In this document: positions 32,190 through 47,737 of the stretch, piece by piece | Layout of the letters: each line of letters starts with the position of its first letter | Position numbering within the stretch: the first letter of the stretch is position 1 | Origin: Vicugna vicugna | Taxonomy: Eukaryota | Direction: 5' to 3' | NCBI GenBank assembly: GCA_013265495.1 | Contig: MU058714.1 | Coordinates: forward strand, 1,674,001-1,738,000 | Length of the DNA stretch: 64,000 nt | Notes under the pieces: generated by a model | What the model saw: the letters and a program-made list of their open reading frames with translations, nothing else | Told to the model about the DNA's origin: nothing | Database searches by the model: none | Position numbers and translations under genes: made by a program

Positions 32190-34330
32190 TTTTACAGCTT
32201 GATTGAGGTATAATTTACAAAATCCACCCGTTGAGTTCACAATTCAGGGGGAGGCTGTAGCTCAATGGTAGAGCATGTGCTTAGCATGCACGAGGTCCTG
32301 GGTTCAATCCCTGACACCTCCGTTAGAATAGTAAGTAAGTAAATAAACCTAATTACTCCCACAACAAAACAAAATTTACAGTTCAACTATTTTCCAGTAG
32401 ATTCGTAGAGGTGCATAATCATCATTCTGACCAAGCTTCCCTTGCGCAACTGAGTCAGTGTCCACTGCTGCAGCCACCCCTTCCCCCTCAGACCCTGGCA
32501 GCCACTGCCCTGCTTTCCTGCAGCTGTAAGCTGGCCTTTCCTGGGCATTTCGTTTGTGTGGAATCACACAACATGCAATCTGGGGGCCTGTGATATCTGA
32601 CGTCTTGCCGTCCATCTGCGGTCAGTGCTTTTGTTCCATTTGCTGTGCAAGTGTTGCACATTTTGTTGGTATTCATTTATCAGCTGGACCTTTGGATTCC
32701 TTTTTGTCCATTGTGAACAGCGGCATCTGTCTTCGCGTGAACATATGTTCATTTGTCTTGAGTAGATTCCTCACAGTGGAAATCCCCATGTTTTCCAAGG
32801 TGGACGTCATTTTACAACCCTGGCAACAAGGTGAGAGGGTTCCAACGGGGCACACCTTTGCCAACACTTGGCATCGTCTGTCTTTTTGATTAAACCTGTC
32901 CTAGTGGGTGCGACATGGTGTCTCCTGGGTTAATTTGCATTTTCTTGAAGAGTCTTCTTTGGTAAGGTATCTATTCAAGTCTTTTGTCCATTTTAAAATT
33001 TGGTTAGTCGTCCATTGTAAGACGACTAATGGGTCCTGGATAGCAGTCCTTTGTCAGATGTATGGTTTATAAACATCTTCTGTGGCTTGACTTGACTCTT
33101 CCTAAAGATGTCTGTTAGAGCAAAACCTTTTATTTTAGTGAAGTTTATAAAAAATTTCTTCATGGCTCATGCTTTTGATGTTGGGTCTAAGAACTATTTA
33201 CCTAAGGCAAAGCTGCAAAGATTTTCTCCTATTATTTTTACAATTTCAGCTTCCATTTAGGTGTACGCTCCATTTTGAGTTAATCCCTGTGTAAGGCATG
33301 AGTTGAGTCAAAGTTCTTCCGCGCGTGTGTAGGGATATCTGATTGTCCCAGCACAGGTGGAAAAGCCTAGTAATTTCCCCCACTGAACTGTCTTGGCACC
33401 TCTGTTGAAATTTTATTCGCCATAAACTTCAGGGTTCATTTATAGACTCAACTTTGTTCCTTAATCTATATGTTTATCCTTAACACCACAGTCTCTTGGT
33501 TACTGTAGCTTTGTTGTAAGTTTTGAAACCTGTAGTGTGGGTTCTCCAGCTTTAACATTCTTTTCAAAATTGTTTTGGCTATTCTAGGTCCTTTGAATTT
33601 CCATAGAAATGTTAAAATCTGTTCTCAATTTCTGCAAAAGCATCTATTGATAGGGATTACATTGAATCTGTAGAACAATCTGGGGAGACTTAACATTTTA
33701 TTGATACTGAGTCTTCCAACCCCAAAGCGTGAGATTTCTATACATCTATTTAATCTTAAATGTCTCCCAGCAATATTTCATAGTTTTCACTCTATGGTCA
33801 GGTCTGGCACTTCTATTGTTAAATTTGTTCCTAAGAATTTTATTCTTTTTAGTATTGACATGAATAGAATTTCCTTAATTTCATTTTTGAAGTTCATTCT
33901 GAATTTCATTTTGAATTGAATTTTTCATTTTGCTTGATTATTTGTATGTTGACCTTATATTCTGCAACCTTGCTAAACTCGTTTACTAGTTCTTAAAGTT
34001 TGTGTGATTCCTTAAGATTTTTTACCTGTAGGATCATGTCATCTATATGAAAATCCCTGGTTTTGCCTTTTCCAAGAAAGGTTTGTGTTAATGTTTTAGA
34101 ATATATGTGTGTGTATCTCTTTAGAATATATATATATTTGCCAATTTAACGTCTAAAATGATGGCATCATATAATTGTAACTCCTTTTCTTGCAACACTA
34201 GAAGAGCGAGCATATTTGTCTTACTTCTTTTGTGAACTGCTTGTTCATGCCCTTGTGTTTCCTACTGTTCGGTTTATCTTGATTTTCTGGTGTTCTTTGG
34301 TTTATATAAGCTCTTTAACAGTCCATGTTC
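32190..34330 (-). mobile_element. Old L1 (L1M-type) fragment: 3' UTR and ORF2 end, antisense
   Basis: AT-rich, T-biased block with typical antisense L1 motifs (TTGAGGTATAATTTACA; CATTTTGAGTTAAT..GTGTAAGG; TTACATTGAATCTGTAG..TGACCTTATATTCTGCAACCTTGCTAAACTC). No intact ORF. Confidence 0.8.
32247..32374 (+). mobile_element. tRNA-Ala-derived camelid-type SINE (Vic-1-like) nested in L1
   Basis: tRNA-like head 32247-32321 with A box TAGCTCAATGG, CTTAGCA loop and B box GGTTCAATCC. Tail AAGTAAATAAACCTAATTACTCCC plus A-rich run. Imperfect TSD TTCACAATTCA (32236-46) / TTTACAGTTCA (32375-85). Confidence 0.85.
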
Positions 34331-34429
34331 AATTTCCCCATCTCAGAACTGTTGTTCCAGTTGGTTTATCCACAGCAGGATCCAGACAGAGTCCACGCCA
34401 TGCACTTGGACAATGCGCCACTGACAGGT

Positions 34430-34750
34430 TTTTTCCCTCACACCAATTGCCTGAAACCACACGTGCCACATTTCAATTAAACGCTGAGTATCTGGAGTGA
34501 GCCCAGACCCTGCAAGTTGAGGCCTCGGTCCAAGACTGCTCGCATTTCAGACACCAGTCATAAGCTACCCAGATTTTTGCCAGCAAACTACAAATTCAAG
34601 GGTTCCCACAACTGCCCCCTCAGGTTCAGTAATTCACTAAAACTCAGAGAACTCAGAAAAACACTTCATCTACAGGTACCCATTTATTATAGAGGACACA
34701 ACTCTGACACAGCCACACGTGAGACACATGGGACAGGGTGTGGGGTGGGA
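34430..34750. mobile_element. ERVL-class LTR fragment (MER21/MER77-like)
   Basis: TTCAATT...ATCTGGAGTGAGCCCAGACCC..CAAGACTGC..ATTTCAGACACCAGTC..GGGTTCCCACAAC..AGAACTCAGAAAAACACTT..TTTATTATAGAGGA resembles this family as recalled; the subfamily is uncertain. Confidence 0.5.
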
Positions 34751-34755
34751 GGTGT

Positions 34756-34849
34756 GCGTGGGGCTACCCCGGCCGCAGGCACACAGCAGGAAGTGAAGTT
34801 CACCAAAAGTGGTTTCCAGCGGATGCCAGAAACCACCTTAAAAAAGTGT
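34756..34849. repeat. Dispersed duplicate, copy A (~93% identical to 41271-41365)
   Basis: Manual alignment: 6 substitutions and 1 indel over ~95 nt, same orientation. Confidence 0.92.
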
Positions 34850-34999
34850 GGGAGAGACTCACTCGCCTAAGCAACCTTGGGAACCAGTACCTTCACTGGG
34901 TACCCTGACTCCACACATTCAAGAACCCAGTCCTGCACCCTGGTTAGCGAATGTCTCTCACAGGTGTGGGTCAGCAGCTCTAAGATCAGGTTAGGCGGA

Positions 35000-36330
35000 C
35001 ACTTAAAGGACTGACGTCGTCTAAGCAGATACCACGTGGACCACGAAAGCCAGGCTTCTCACTGCCAGAGAAAGAATTTACAAATAAGGGGAGGTGAGAG
35101 TGAATCCTCGGGAGTTGGGCTGGAATCAGAGACGTCAGTGTGAACTCACAGTTTTTTTAATGTGTATATGCAACTAGATAGGTTCAGAAACAAATACAGA
35201 GGTATACACGTGAGTTAGTACGTGTGTTTCCTAGCTCTGTCCTGAGAGGACTCAGCAGTGACAGCAGCTCAGTGGCAGTGAGCACAAGCAACGTTCAGAT
35301 CTTGGTTGCTAAATCCCAGTCTCCACGAAGTGAGCCAGAGAATAGAAGGTGGGCCTGGAGTCTCCCCTGGGGCCAGAAAGTCAGGAAGTGCTTTTAAGGA
35401 CACGGCACGTCAAAAGGGCACACGAGGATCCCTAACCGTCGGAGCAGCAGAATAGCAGTCACCAGATTACGTCTCACAGAATCACAGGTCCACAAGTCCA
35501 TGCCGATACAAATGACTGAGTAAATGGTAGAGAAGGGGCTGCTCTGTCTTAGAAAATAGTTCCAATTAATGTTGAAGGAATGAGGGAAATGTAAAAACTA
35601 ACCATGAAACACCAGAGTAATAATGACTGCACCACAGGATGCTAAAATTAGCAGGCAAAACTGTGAGAAACAAGTGTTCTCTTAGTCTCAAAGTTTCTCC
35701 TCCAACAAATTGATGGATTACCAAGGGGAGAAGTGTAACTGTGCAGTCGAGAAACCTGGCAGCTCCCACCTGAACCACACGCGCAAACTCACACCGCGGG
35801 AATCAGACAGACTGCCGTCCGGTGCGCACGGGAACCCCCATCAGTGATATTCTTGCCGAGAATCCATAGCCCCGGTCTAATCAGACCTGAGTGAGACAAT
35901 CCCCAACAGGAGCGACCTTCAGAAAGTGTCAAGGTCATAAAACACACAGAGGGCTAAAGCACTGAAAACAGCTGGACACCCTCACGGCCCAGGCCTTCCT
36001 TTTCCACGTGGACCAGGAGAAGCGCTCCCCACACAGGCTGCTAGGACAGCCGGCCAGACTTGAGCAAGGCCTGCAGTTCGGGTAACGGTATCGCTGTCAA
36101 TGTTCACGGCTGACTGTGGAAGAGGATGCCCTTGCTTTTGGAGATACGCATGGGCACGGATGTATGGGTCAAATGGCAGCCTGCTGCAGCCTGCTCTCCA
36201 TCAGTTCCGGAAAAACAGAGGGTGAAGAGGAATAGGGTCTCACCTGGGGTCTGGGTGAGGAGGGCACCGAATTCTTTGTCCAATTCTCACTTTTTTCTAT
36301 AAATCTGAATATCAAAATTATAAGACATTC
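35000..36330 (+). mobile_element. Old L1 (L1MC-like) 3' UTR fragment
   Basis: GCCAGAAAGTCAGGAAGTGCT and AAGGGGAGAAGTGTAACTGTGCAGTCGAGAAACCTGGCAG..ACCTGAACCA blocks resemble L1MC 3' ends as recalled. Confidence 0.55.
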
Positions 36331-36489
36331 ACAGTTAAATGGAGAAAGAGGTGGGTGTTCATATAAATTATTAGGGAAGGTGCTAGCTATGTCCATTTCA
36401 GGAATATCACATTATTTTTTATTACTTTTATAAAATTTAAAGAGTACAAAGCAATATAAAGAGATCTTTATATTTTTCTTTGTAAAACT

Positions 36490-37305
36490 GGAGTCGTGGC
36501 ACTCACCACATTCAAACAGATCAGTGTGTGGGAAAAGTCCTCCGAACTGCACAGGGAGCAATGTCCTACCCAGGGTAACTGTTATTCAATCCGGACATTT
36601 AAAAAAGAAACAGGTTATAAAGAAAAGAAATTACAAAGCAAAACCCATGATGAGATGCCACTTCGCCCCCCACAGATGGCCAAAATAAAAAAGGCAAAGT
36701 GTTGTCAAGAAAGTGGGGAAACTGGAGTCTTTATCACCGCTGGGGTGAACGGAAGAGTGTGTAGCTGCCGTGGGAAGACCCCTGACTCCTCAAAAAATTT
36801 AACTCAGTTGCTCTATGACCCAGCAATCCCACTCCAAGAGAACTGAAAATGCATGTTTACATAACAAACGTGTGCATAGATGCCCACAGCAACATTACCC
36901 CAAAAGTCAAAACCAGAAACAGCCTAGGTGTCCATCACCTGGTGAGTGGCTAAACTGTGCGTTAGACAGCCAGCCTAGAATGTTCGGTGAGAAAAAGGCC
37001 TGAGTGCTGAGCCTTGACGACATCATGCTGAGTTAAAGAGGATGGACCTGGAAGTCGCACACCCTACAGCTCAGTTTGTCTGAAACACCCAGGACAGGCA
37101 GGTCCAGAGATGGAAGGCGAGTGGACCAGTGGACGCCAGGGGTCGGGGGAGGAATTGAGGAGGGGCTGCTGGTGACTTTCTTTCTGGGGTGATGAGAATA
37201 TTCTGGAATTTCAATGTGGGGGTAGATTTGTCACTCTGTGAATATAGTAAAATCACCATGTGAATGGGCAAGCTTTGCAGTGTGTGAATTATACGTCAGT
37301 GAAGC
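36490..37305 (+). mobile_element. Old L1 (L1MB/ME-like) 3' end
   Basis: TATGACCCAGCAATCCCACTCC, AAACAGCCTAGGTGTCCATCA, TTTCTGGGGTGATGAGAATATTCTGGAAT, ending GTGTGAATTATACGTCAGTGAAGCT. Confidence 0.75.
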
Positions 37306-39314
37306 TCCCGCTTTTTGAAACCCCTGGAGTAACAAGGGCTCTGTCTGGACAGCGCTGGGAGGGCGGTTCTGTTTATGGTAGCTTCTTTATGCTGATCGGG
37401 TGTGTTATTTTCTCAGGTGAAAAGCTAGTTTTCTTAAGAGTATTTCACACTCAACACTCATTGAAACTGAAACACTAAAGCCACTCCAAGCGGCCTTTTC
37501 GGTCACTGTTTGTGGCTGTCCCTCACTGACGTCAGTCCCCACGTGCTGGGCCCCAGGCCCTTGTCCCACACCAGGCTGCCCCTCTGGTAGACGCCCCCAC
37601 AGGGCGTCCCTCGGGGCCCAGCAGAGGCCATCAGTGAGGCCCCAGGTCCTCTGCCTCGTCCACCCAGCCACGCCGGGGCTCTGGCCTGTCCCAGCGTTCT
37701 CACCTCAGGACCTTGGTGCTTGCTCTTCTGTCGGTAGCTTTCCCCCAAAGACCTTCGTGGGTCTCTGCCTCCGCCTGGGCACCCTCTGCTCTGTTCTCCT
37801 CCACAGCCTTAGCACTTACCCTGACACCTGACGATGGTGCCTGGCACCTGCCCTTTGCTTGCTTCCTCCTGTGACCCGCTCTCCACTAACGACATCCCTC
37901 AACGTGTTCCCCCAGCCACTCCTCATGCTGCCCCACGAGCCCCCAAACCCCAGCAGCCACTCCCTCCAAAGACCCAAGCGCCCCACAGGGCTCCCCATCC
38001 CAGGGGCCGTCAGTGCCACCACTTCCAGCCCCGGGCCCAGCAGGCCCCAGTCAGATGCTCTCGTCAGCTTCCAGGTGGAACGAACAAGCAGAGCAAGGTG
38101 TCCTGCTGCCTCTCCCGACGCCCCAGAAAGCAGTGTCCCACCTGGCACCTGCCTGCCAAGCCCAAGGCCAGCTCCTCAGGGACACCGCCCAGCTCTGCCC
38201 AGGTGTGCAACCTCAACCACACCCACTCCTCACAACCACAGCTGCTAAAGCCAAGCGCACAACGACCCCTTCCGGCTGGACCAGCTCCTCTGGCCAAGGG
38301 CAGGGATGGCCCATCTTTCCACTCGGTGCCCAGCGCGCCTCGGGCAGCTCAAGTGGCAACCGCCGGCCCTGCAGTGACAGCGCGGTAACCCCTTCCTCAC
38401 ATCCATCCCTTGTGAGGCACCCCAGCCCCCTCCCACACAGGGAAGACGGGAAGCCACTCGAGCTGCAGGCAGTGGCAGCTGCCTAGGGATGAGGCGAGGC
38501 CGAGAGCTCCCCGTGTGTCTTGCCTGCTGAGGGCGCCCCTTAGTACAGGCCCCGTCCCGGCCCTCCCCAGTCCCGCCCTGGAACGTGCCTGTGAGCCCGG
38601 AACAAGGATCCTCTCTCCAGCCTGGTTTCAGGCAGAACCGAGTAGCAGACAAGCGTGCCCTAGGAGGGGGCGCACAAAGGTGTCTCCGCCCCTCCTGAAC
38701 CGCAGGGACCGCATGGCTGGGCACATGGTGTAGAGGCAGGTGACGTCACTGCCCTGCTCTACCGTCCCAGAAGGGGTCTGGGCAGGCACCTGTGTCTGCC
38801 AGCCCCTGCGGTTCTCTGTAAGTCAAATTAGATTCTGCCACAGCTCCCACCAGCTACGTCACCAAGCGCGGAATTAAGAAAAGGACACCCTGACACCATG
38901 CTCCTTCCCTGATGACACAAGACACATGAGACAATTACATTGCAAAGTCACAACTGCTGAATCCAGGTTCCTGAGGACCACAAAGGAACGGCCCAAGCCA
39001 GCAGTCAGCAGTCATCTGAAGGCTGGCAGAAACACCTCGAAGTACAGGTGACGAGGCGGCTGCGGGCGTAAGACACTGCTCCACGTCCTCCCACGCCCAC
39101 CCTACCGGGTGGGAAACAAATTAGGGTCTGCGGAACAGAGACGGAAGAGTGGCCACCACCAACCTCCCGCAGCACTAACTCCAACCCCTAGGCCGGGTGC
39201 CACACACCCGGCAGGCCTGCTGCCCACATTTCCTCCTCAGGTCTGCCGTGTCCCTCCCACCCCCTGGACTGACACCAGCGCTCCAGCCCAGACGAGGACT
39301 CCGATGGGGACGAA

Positions 39315-39500
39315 NNNNNNNNNNNNNNNNNNNNNNNNNNNNNNNNNNNNNNNNNNNNNNNNNNNNNNNNNNNNNNNNNNNNNNNNNNNNNNNNNNNNNN
39401 NNNNNNNNNNNNNNNNNNNNNNNNNNNNNNNNNNNNNNNNNNNNNNNNNNNNNNNNNNNNNNNNNNNNNNNNNNNNNNNNNNNNNNNNNNNNNNNNNNNA
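39315..39500. other. Assembly gap (186 N) in the ALYREF 3' UTR
   Basis: Run of N starting 128 nt past the ALYREF stop; it probably hides the poly(A) signal. Confidence 1.
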
Positions 39501-39628
39501 ATTCTATTTTAAAACATAAAAGAAACAAATCCATCATTGGCCACGCAGCCCCAGTCTGTCACCCGTCCCTCCAGGGAGCACGGACGAGACATCTGGGTCC
39601 TGGTCCATGCACGGATCTGCTGGTCTGT

Positions 39629-43260
<3,632 letters not shown>

Positions 43261-43701
43261 CGAGGTGCGGCCGTTGGGGCGGGGCCTGGCGGGGCGCCCC
43301 TCCCTTGCTCCTCCCCGCTCCCGCAGCCGGTCCCGCGGCGGGGAGGGGGCGCGGCCCGGTGGGGGCGGGCTTGGGTGTTCGGCCACCCCGGGCCAGTCGT
43401 GTCCCTTTCGGAAGTACTGATCGGCACGTTTTCCCGGTGTCAGCGGAGGCCAGCGCGCCCTTCCGTGGACGCTGGGCCAGAAGTGCGGGGTCGCCGGACA
43501 CCCTGGGCGCCCGGGCCTCCCGAGGACCCGGCCCCCACCTCCGTCCCCTGGCAGACAGTCTGTGCTGCTCCTTCGGCCCCGATTCCTGCCCGCGCTGATC
43601 CTCCGGCTCGGGCAGCACCCCTTCTTTGGCGCCCAGGTGCTGTGGCCCCGCGGACTCAGCGCAGCTCAGTGGTCTCTTCCCTCTCCGCAGGCTCCTGCGC
43701 C

Positions 43702-46700
43702 ATGAAGGTGAAGATCAAGTGCTGGAACGGCGTGGCCACTTGGCTCTGGGTGGCCAACGACGAGAACTGCGGCATCTGCCGGATGGCCTTCAACGGCTGC
43801 TGCCCGGACTGTGAGTGCCCCCTGCCCGCTCTCCTGAGCTCTGCCTTCTCGCTGGCCCTGGCGTGTCTCCTAAATACCTGCATTAACGTCCCTGGGGTTT
43901 GATTTCCTTTCGCCAAGAAAAGTTACTAGAAAAAGCCAGGCGATTTGGGCTTCTATTTGTATAGAGACCTCTTCCAAACTTTTATAACAAAAATAGAACA
44001 GGTTTCTATCCTGATTAGCGTCGCTGGAAAACAAAGCTTCTTATTTGAAAGTTCTCAAGCAGACACAATCGCAGTGGTCTGAGGTTGCCCCCCATCTAGC
44101 ACATAGAAGGACACTGAGTATTATCTTGCCACGCATGTGTGTTTCCCCCAGTGTTTTACAGTGAATGCTAGGGGAGTGGATGTGGCCCAGCGGTAAAGCA
44201 CGTGCTTAGCATGCAGCAGGTCCCGGGTTCATAAAAAAGAAAACAAAAAGCAAAAAACAAACAGAAAAACTAGTCATAAAGTAAATGCTACTGTCACCCC
44301 GCTCACCTTACCTGCGTCTCTAAATGTGGTGCTGACTTTTTACCTGTCACTGTTGTCACATCAGACGACATGACAGTAATTCTTTATTGTTGTTGCCCAT
44401 CCCCGTTCCTAGTCCTTGTTCAGATTTCTTTAGTGTCCCCAAGTGTCTCTTGATCAGAAGGTGGTGTGAGCCAGAACCTGAGGTGTGATTGCTTGTCCCT
44501 TTGCTATTTAACCAAAATAGTTGTGCTTTGACTTTTCTCTCACATTTTAAAAAGACAGTCTGACTCTTTCAGAAAGTGTTGTCTTGTAGAATGCCTGCCG
44601 TGGGGTTTGGTCAGGTGTCTTCTTTGTCGTCTTTTGCGTCACTCCTTTGTCCCCAGTGCTGTAAAGTGAAAGTGCGTGGTTACATATTTAGGTCAAAAAC
44701 AGAGTTTTGCATCAGTGACTTTAGTTTTTAGTCAGACCCAAGTGAACAGGACACAGAAGAAAGGATCTGAGCCTTTGCCTAGGGCACAAGGGTGGCCCCA
44801 AGAGGGAGGTGGGGCTTGGGGACCACTGAGTAGCTCTTGGCAGCCCCATTAGTGACCAGGCCTGTCTTGTGGGGCCAGGTGAGCACCAGAATAATAATGA
44901 GAGTTTCCTTCTCACACTGAAATCCAAATCATTGAATTTCAGTGCAGACGTCATCCTAGGCGTGATCTTCACGTGCGCTTCAGCCGAGAGGAGGCGTCAC
45001 CACCTAGGAGTGAACCCCTCGTGACGTAATCAGGCCAGTGCAACGTCGTTTAGGAAATCACCGACTGCTTCTGCTTGATGGGGTTTTACACGTTACAGTG
45101 AACTGGAGAGTAGGAAGTACTGGGCCTGGTCTTGTTTAATCCGTTTAAAACCGCCCTTCCTAAGGGTGCATCACAGGCAGTGGGAGCCCTGAGGGGCATG
45201 TAGTTGCAGCTTCCTCAGCAGCAGACTGGGCCTCTGAAAAGTCCTCGAAAGCAGTTTTGTGGCTGTGCCACAAAATGTGGGGAGTGGGCCTGTGTGTTGG
45301 AGGTGGCCCCGGGGGGGGATGGGGCCCGTGGCTGAGCATCCCCGGTGTGCGGGCCTGGCTCAGGTGTGTCGGTTGCCGAGAAGAGGGCTTTGGACCTGCT
45401 GGTTGTGAGTCAGAGTGAGCCAGCTGTCGGGAGCAGAGTGTTTGGCAAGCCCAGCGTGCCTTCTGCGCAGGTGAAGTGACACTGGGTTTCTCTGCGAGTC
45501 AGCGCCAAGGTTGGCCTGTGCTATCAGACGTCCCCCACAGGCTGCCTGCACACACTGTCACTAGAGAGAAGGCGGCTCTTTCGCCCAGACGAGCCCTGTG
45601 GGAATGGACGGGACGGCCTGGCTCACAGACCCCCATCAGTGGGCTCACCGGCCCTGCCCACCCTTTCTGTCCTCCATTTTTAAGGGACTCTCATGTGTTA
45701 GAGGTGATTCCAAACATAGTTCTGCTGAGGTTGGAAGGGCTCTGCAGGTGGGCGGTGGGGGGCTTGTTTCAATCAGGCGTCACACTCTGTGAGCCCAGGG
45801 TCCTCTCACACCATCCCCATGGCCTGGGAAGCGGAGTGAGGTAGATAACTTTGTATATGGCAGGTGTATGATTTTCTGGTTGTTTTATCATAAAAGTTTC
45901 AGAAAGGGAGTGACATTTTTGTTACAGAAAGGATTTTTTAAGATTGAGGAACACCACCCCAGACAAGCAGACGAGCAGATGGCAGCGGCCTTTTTCCTCT
46001 GGCTCTGAGGGATGTGTGTGTGCCACGGAGCAGGGGCTGCTCGGGGGGCTGTGTAGGAGGTGCATGTTTTCAGTTGTCGAAGGACCCTTGGACCCAGCGC
46101 CCACACCAGCTACCTGGTTCAAATGCTCCCCTCAGAAGCGGCAGCTCCCGCATCAGCCGTGTGGCCCTGGCCTCCTGTCTGCCGGGCGGAGGGACACGGA
46201 GGCTGCAGACCCCCGTGAGGCGGCCCTCGAGGCTGGCTTCCCAGCTCCCAGTTGAGCGTGGAGTCAGCGCTTCGTGGGATTGTGAGAGCGTCGTCCTCTC
46301 TGTGACATGTTGCAGGATCACGCATCCCTGGGGGGGGTTGGTGTCTAGAGTGAGGACCAGGAACACAGGCCTCCAGGCTGGCCCTATGGTCACAGGGGTC
46401 GGTCCCAGACTTGCACTCAACCACCTCCTGGACAAGATGTCCCCTGCTCCTCCAGGCCTGGCCTGTCCATCCTGCCCCCTGTGTTTGTGCACCAGTGACA
46501 TCTGGATATGGCTCATGCTTGATGGGCCTGGAGGCCCAGGGCAGTGGTGGGGAGCACCCCTGAGAGAGCGAGCTGTAGCTCCTTGGTGCCCACAGCCCGG
46601 CTTGGGGCATGGGGAGGCTGTTGCACTCTTCTGGCACCAGCTGTTTGATAGGGCTTTCCAGAGTCTTGAAAATCGGAGGGACACTTGCTTCTCTGGACCA

Positions 46701-47492
46701 TGGGCAGTGCCAGTCCCCTCCATGTAGGTAGCATTTCCAGGTGTGTGGGGTGGGGTGCCAGCAGCGGGTACCCTGGCCTTTGAGCTGGGATCCTTTCAGG
46801 CTGGGGGCAGAGAGGGGAGGTCCTGCCGTGCTCACTCGCAGCTGCTGGCAGGCGGGGCCGTAAGCACCAGTGTTCCCAGTCGGCTTCCTGCTACTGCACT
46901 GGACCCCTGCTGCCTCAGAAAGGAGCCCTCGGGGTCCTGAGGCCTCTTAGCCTTCACCAAGAGGTGTCTCCTCTGCGGTCGCCTGGGCACATGGACACGG
47001 TCCCCTTCCTGGCATCTCAGGTGCCAGATGGCAGGGCTGCAGTGTGCAGGCGGGCCAGGGCCCTGGGAGGCTGCTGGTGGGGCCTGTGGGCTGGGCCAGA
47101 GCTCCTCCTGCGCGGAGCCACTCGAGCTGCCCCGGTCCTGCCTGGGGAGGGGGGAGAGTGAAAGTGGGAGCAGCCGGAGGCTGTGGGGGTGGGGGCGGGG
47201 GGGAGTGGCCACATCATTGGTGTCGCTCCTGATGTCTGAGGCTCTGGCTGCCATGGGCTCACGTCCCTGTCCCCCAGGGTCAGTGGGCTGGCGCCCTGGG
47301 CCTCCCGGCTGTCACTCACTGTGTAACTCCCCCGCCCCTCCCGCAGGCAAGGTGCCTGGTGACGACTGTCCGCTGGTGTGGGGCCAGTGCTCACACTGCT
47401 TCCACATGCACTGCATCCTCAAGTGGCTCAACGCGCAGCAGGTGCAGCAGCACTGCCCCATGTGCCGCCAGGAGTGGAAGTTCAAGGAGTGA
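43702..47492 (+). CDS. ANAPC11: Anaphase-promoting complex subunit 11, RING-H2 E3 subunit, 84 aa, 2 coding exons
   Basis: Exons 43702-43810 and 47347-47492 (255 nt). MKVKIKCWNGVATWLWVANDENCGICRMAFNGCCPDCKVPGDDCPLVWGQCSHCFHMHCILKWLNAQQVQQHCPMCRQEWKFKE*. Confidence 0.98.
44171..44270 (+). mobile_element. Second tRNA-Ala-derived camelid-type SINE, 3'-truncated, in the ANAPC11 intron
   Basis: GGGGAGTGGATGTGGCCCAGCGGTAAAGCACGTGCTTAGCATGCAGCAGGTCCCGGGTTCA, then an A-rich tail. TSD GTGAATGCTA (44161-70) / GTAAATGCTA (44281-90). Confidence 0.75.
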
Positions 47493-47640
47493 GGACGAGC
47501 TGCCCAGACGCCCCCCCCACCGCAGGCCCCTCTCCCTGCGACGGCCCCCTTTGGGCTGGAATGGGGTGAAACGAGGCCTGGCGTTGCCTTTGTGTTTTTT
47601 TTCATTACAACGTTGACAGTTTATCCAATAAGTAAAACTC

Positions 47641-47737
47641 ATTAAACCCCGAGTCTGGCTGGAGGCCTCTAGCTGCTTGTTTTCTTGGCGCTGATTCGGC
47701 CTCTGTGTGCGTTGATATGAAAATTCTCATGAATAAA
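47641..47737 (+). terminator. ANAPC11 polyadenylation signals: ATTAAA 47641-47646 and AATAAA 47732-47737
   Basis: Two hexamers 150 and 240 nt past the stop; candidate tandem poly(A) sites. Confidence 0.65.

Noticed and set aside
32247-32321. Functional tRNA-Ala(AGC) gene
   Set aside because: The acceptor stem is irregular, and it has a SINE tail with a TSD, sits inside an L1, and has a related degenerate copy at 44171. A SINE explains it better.
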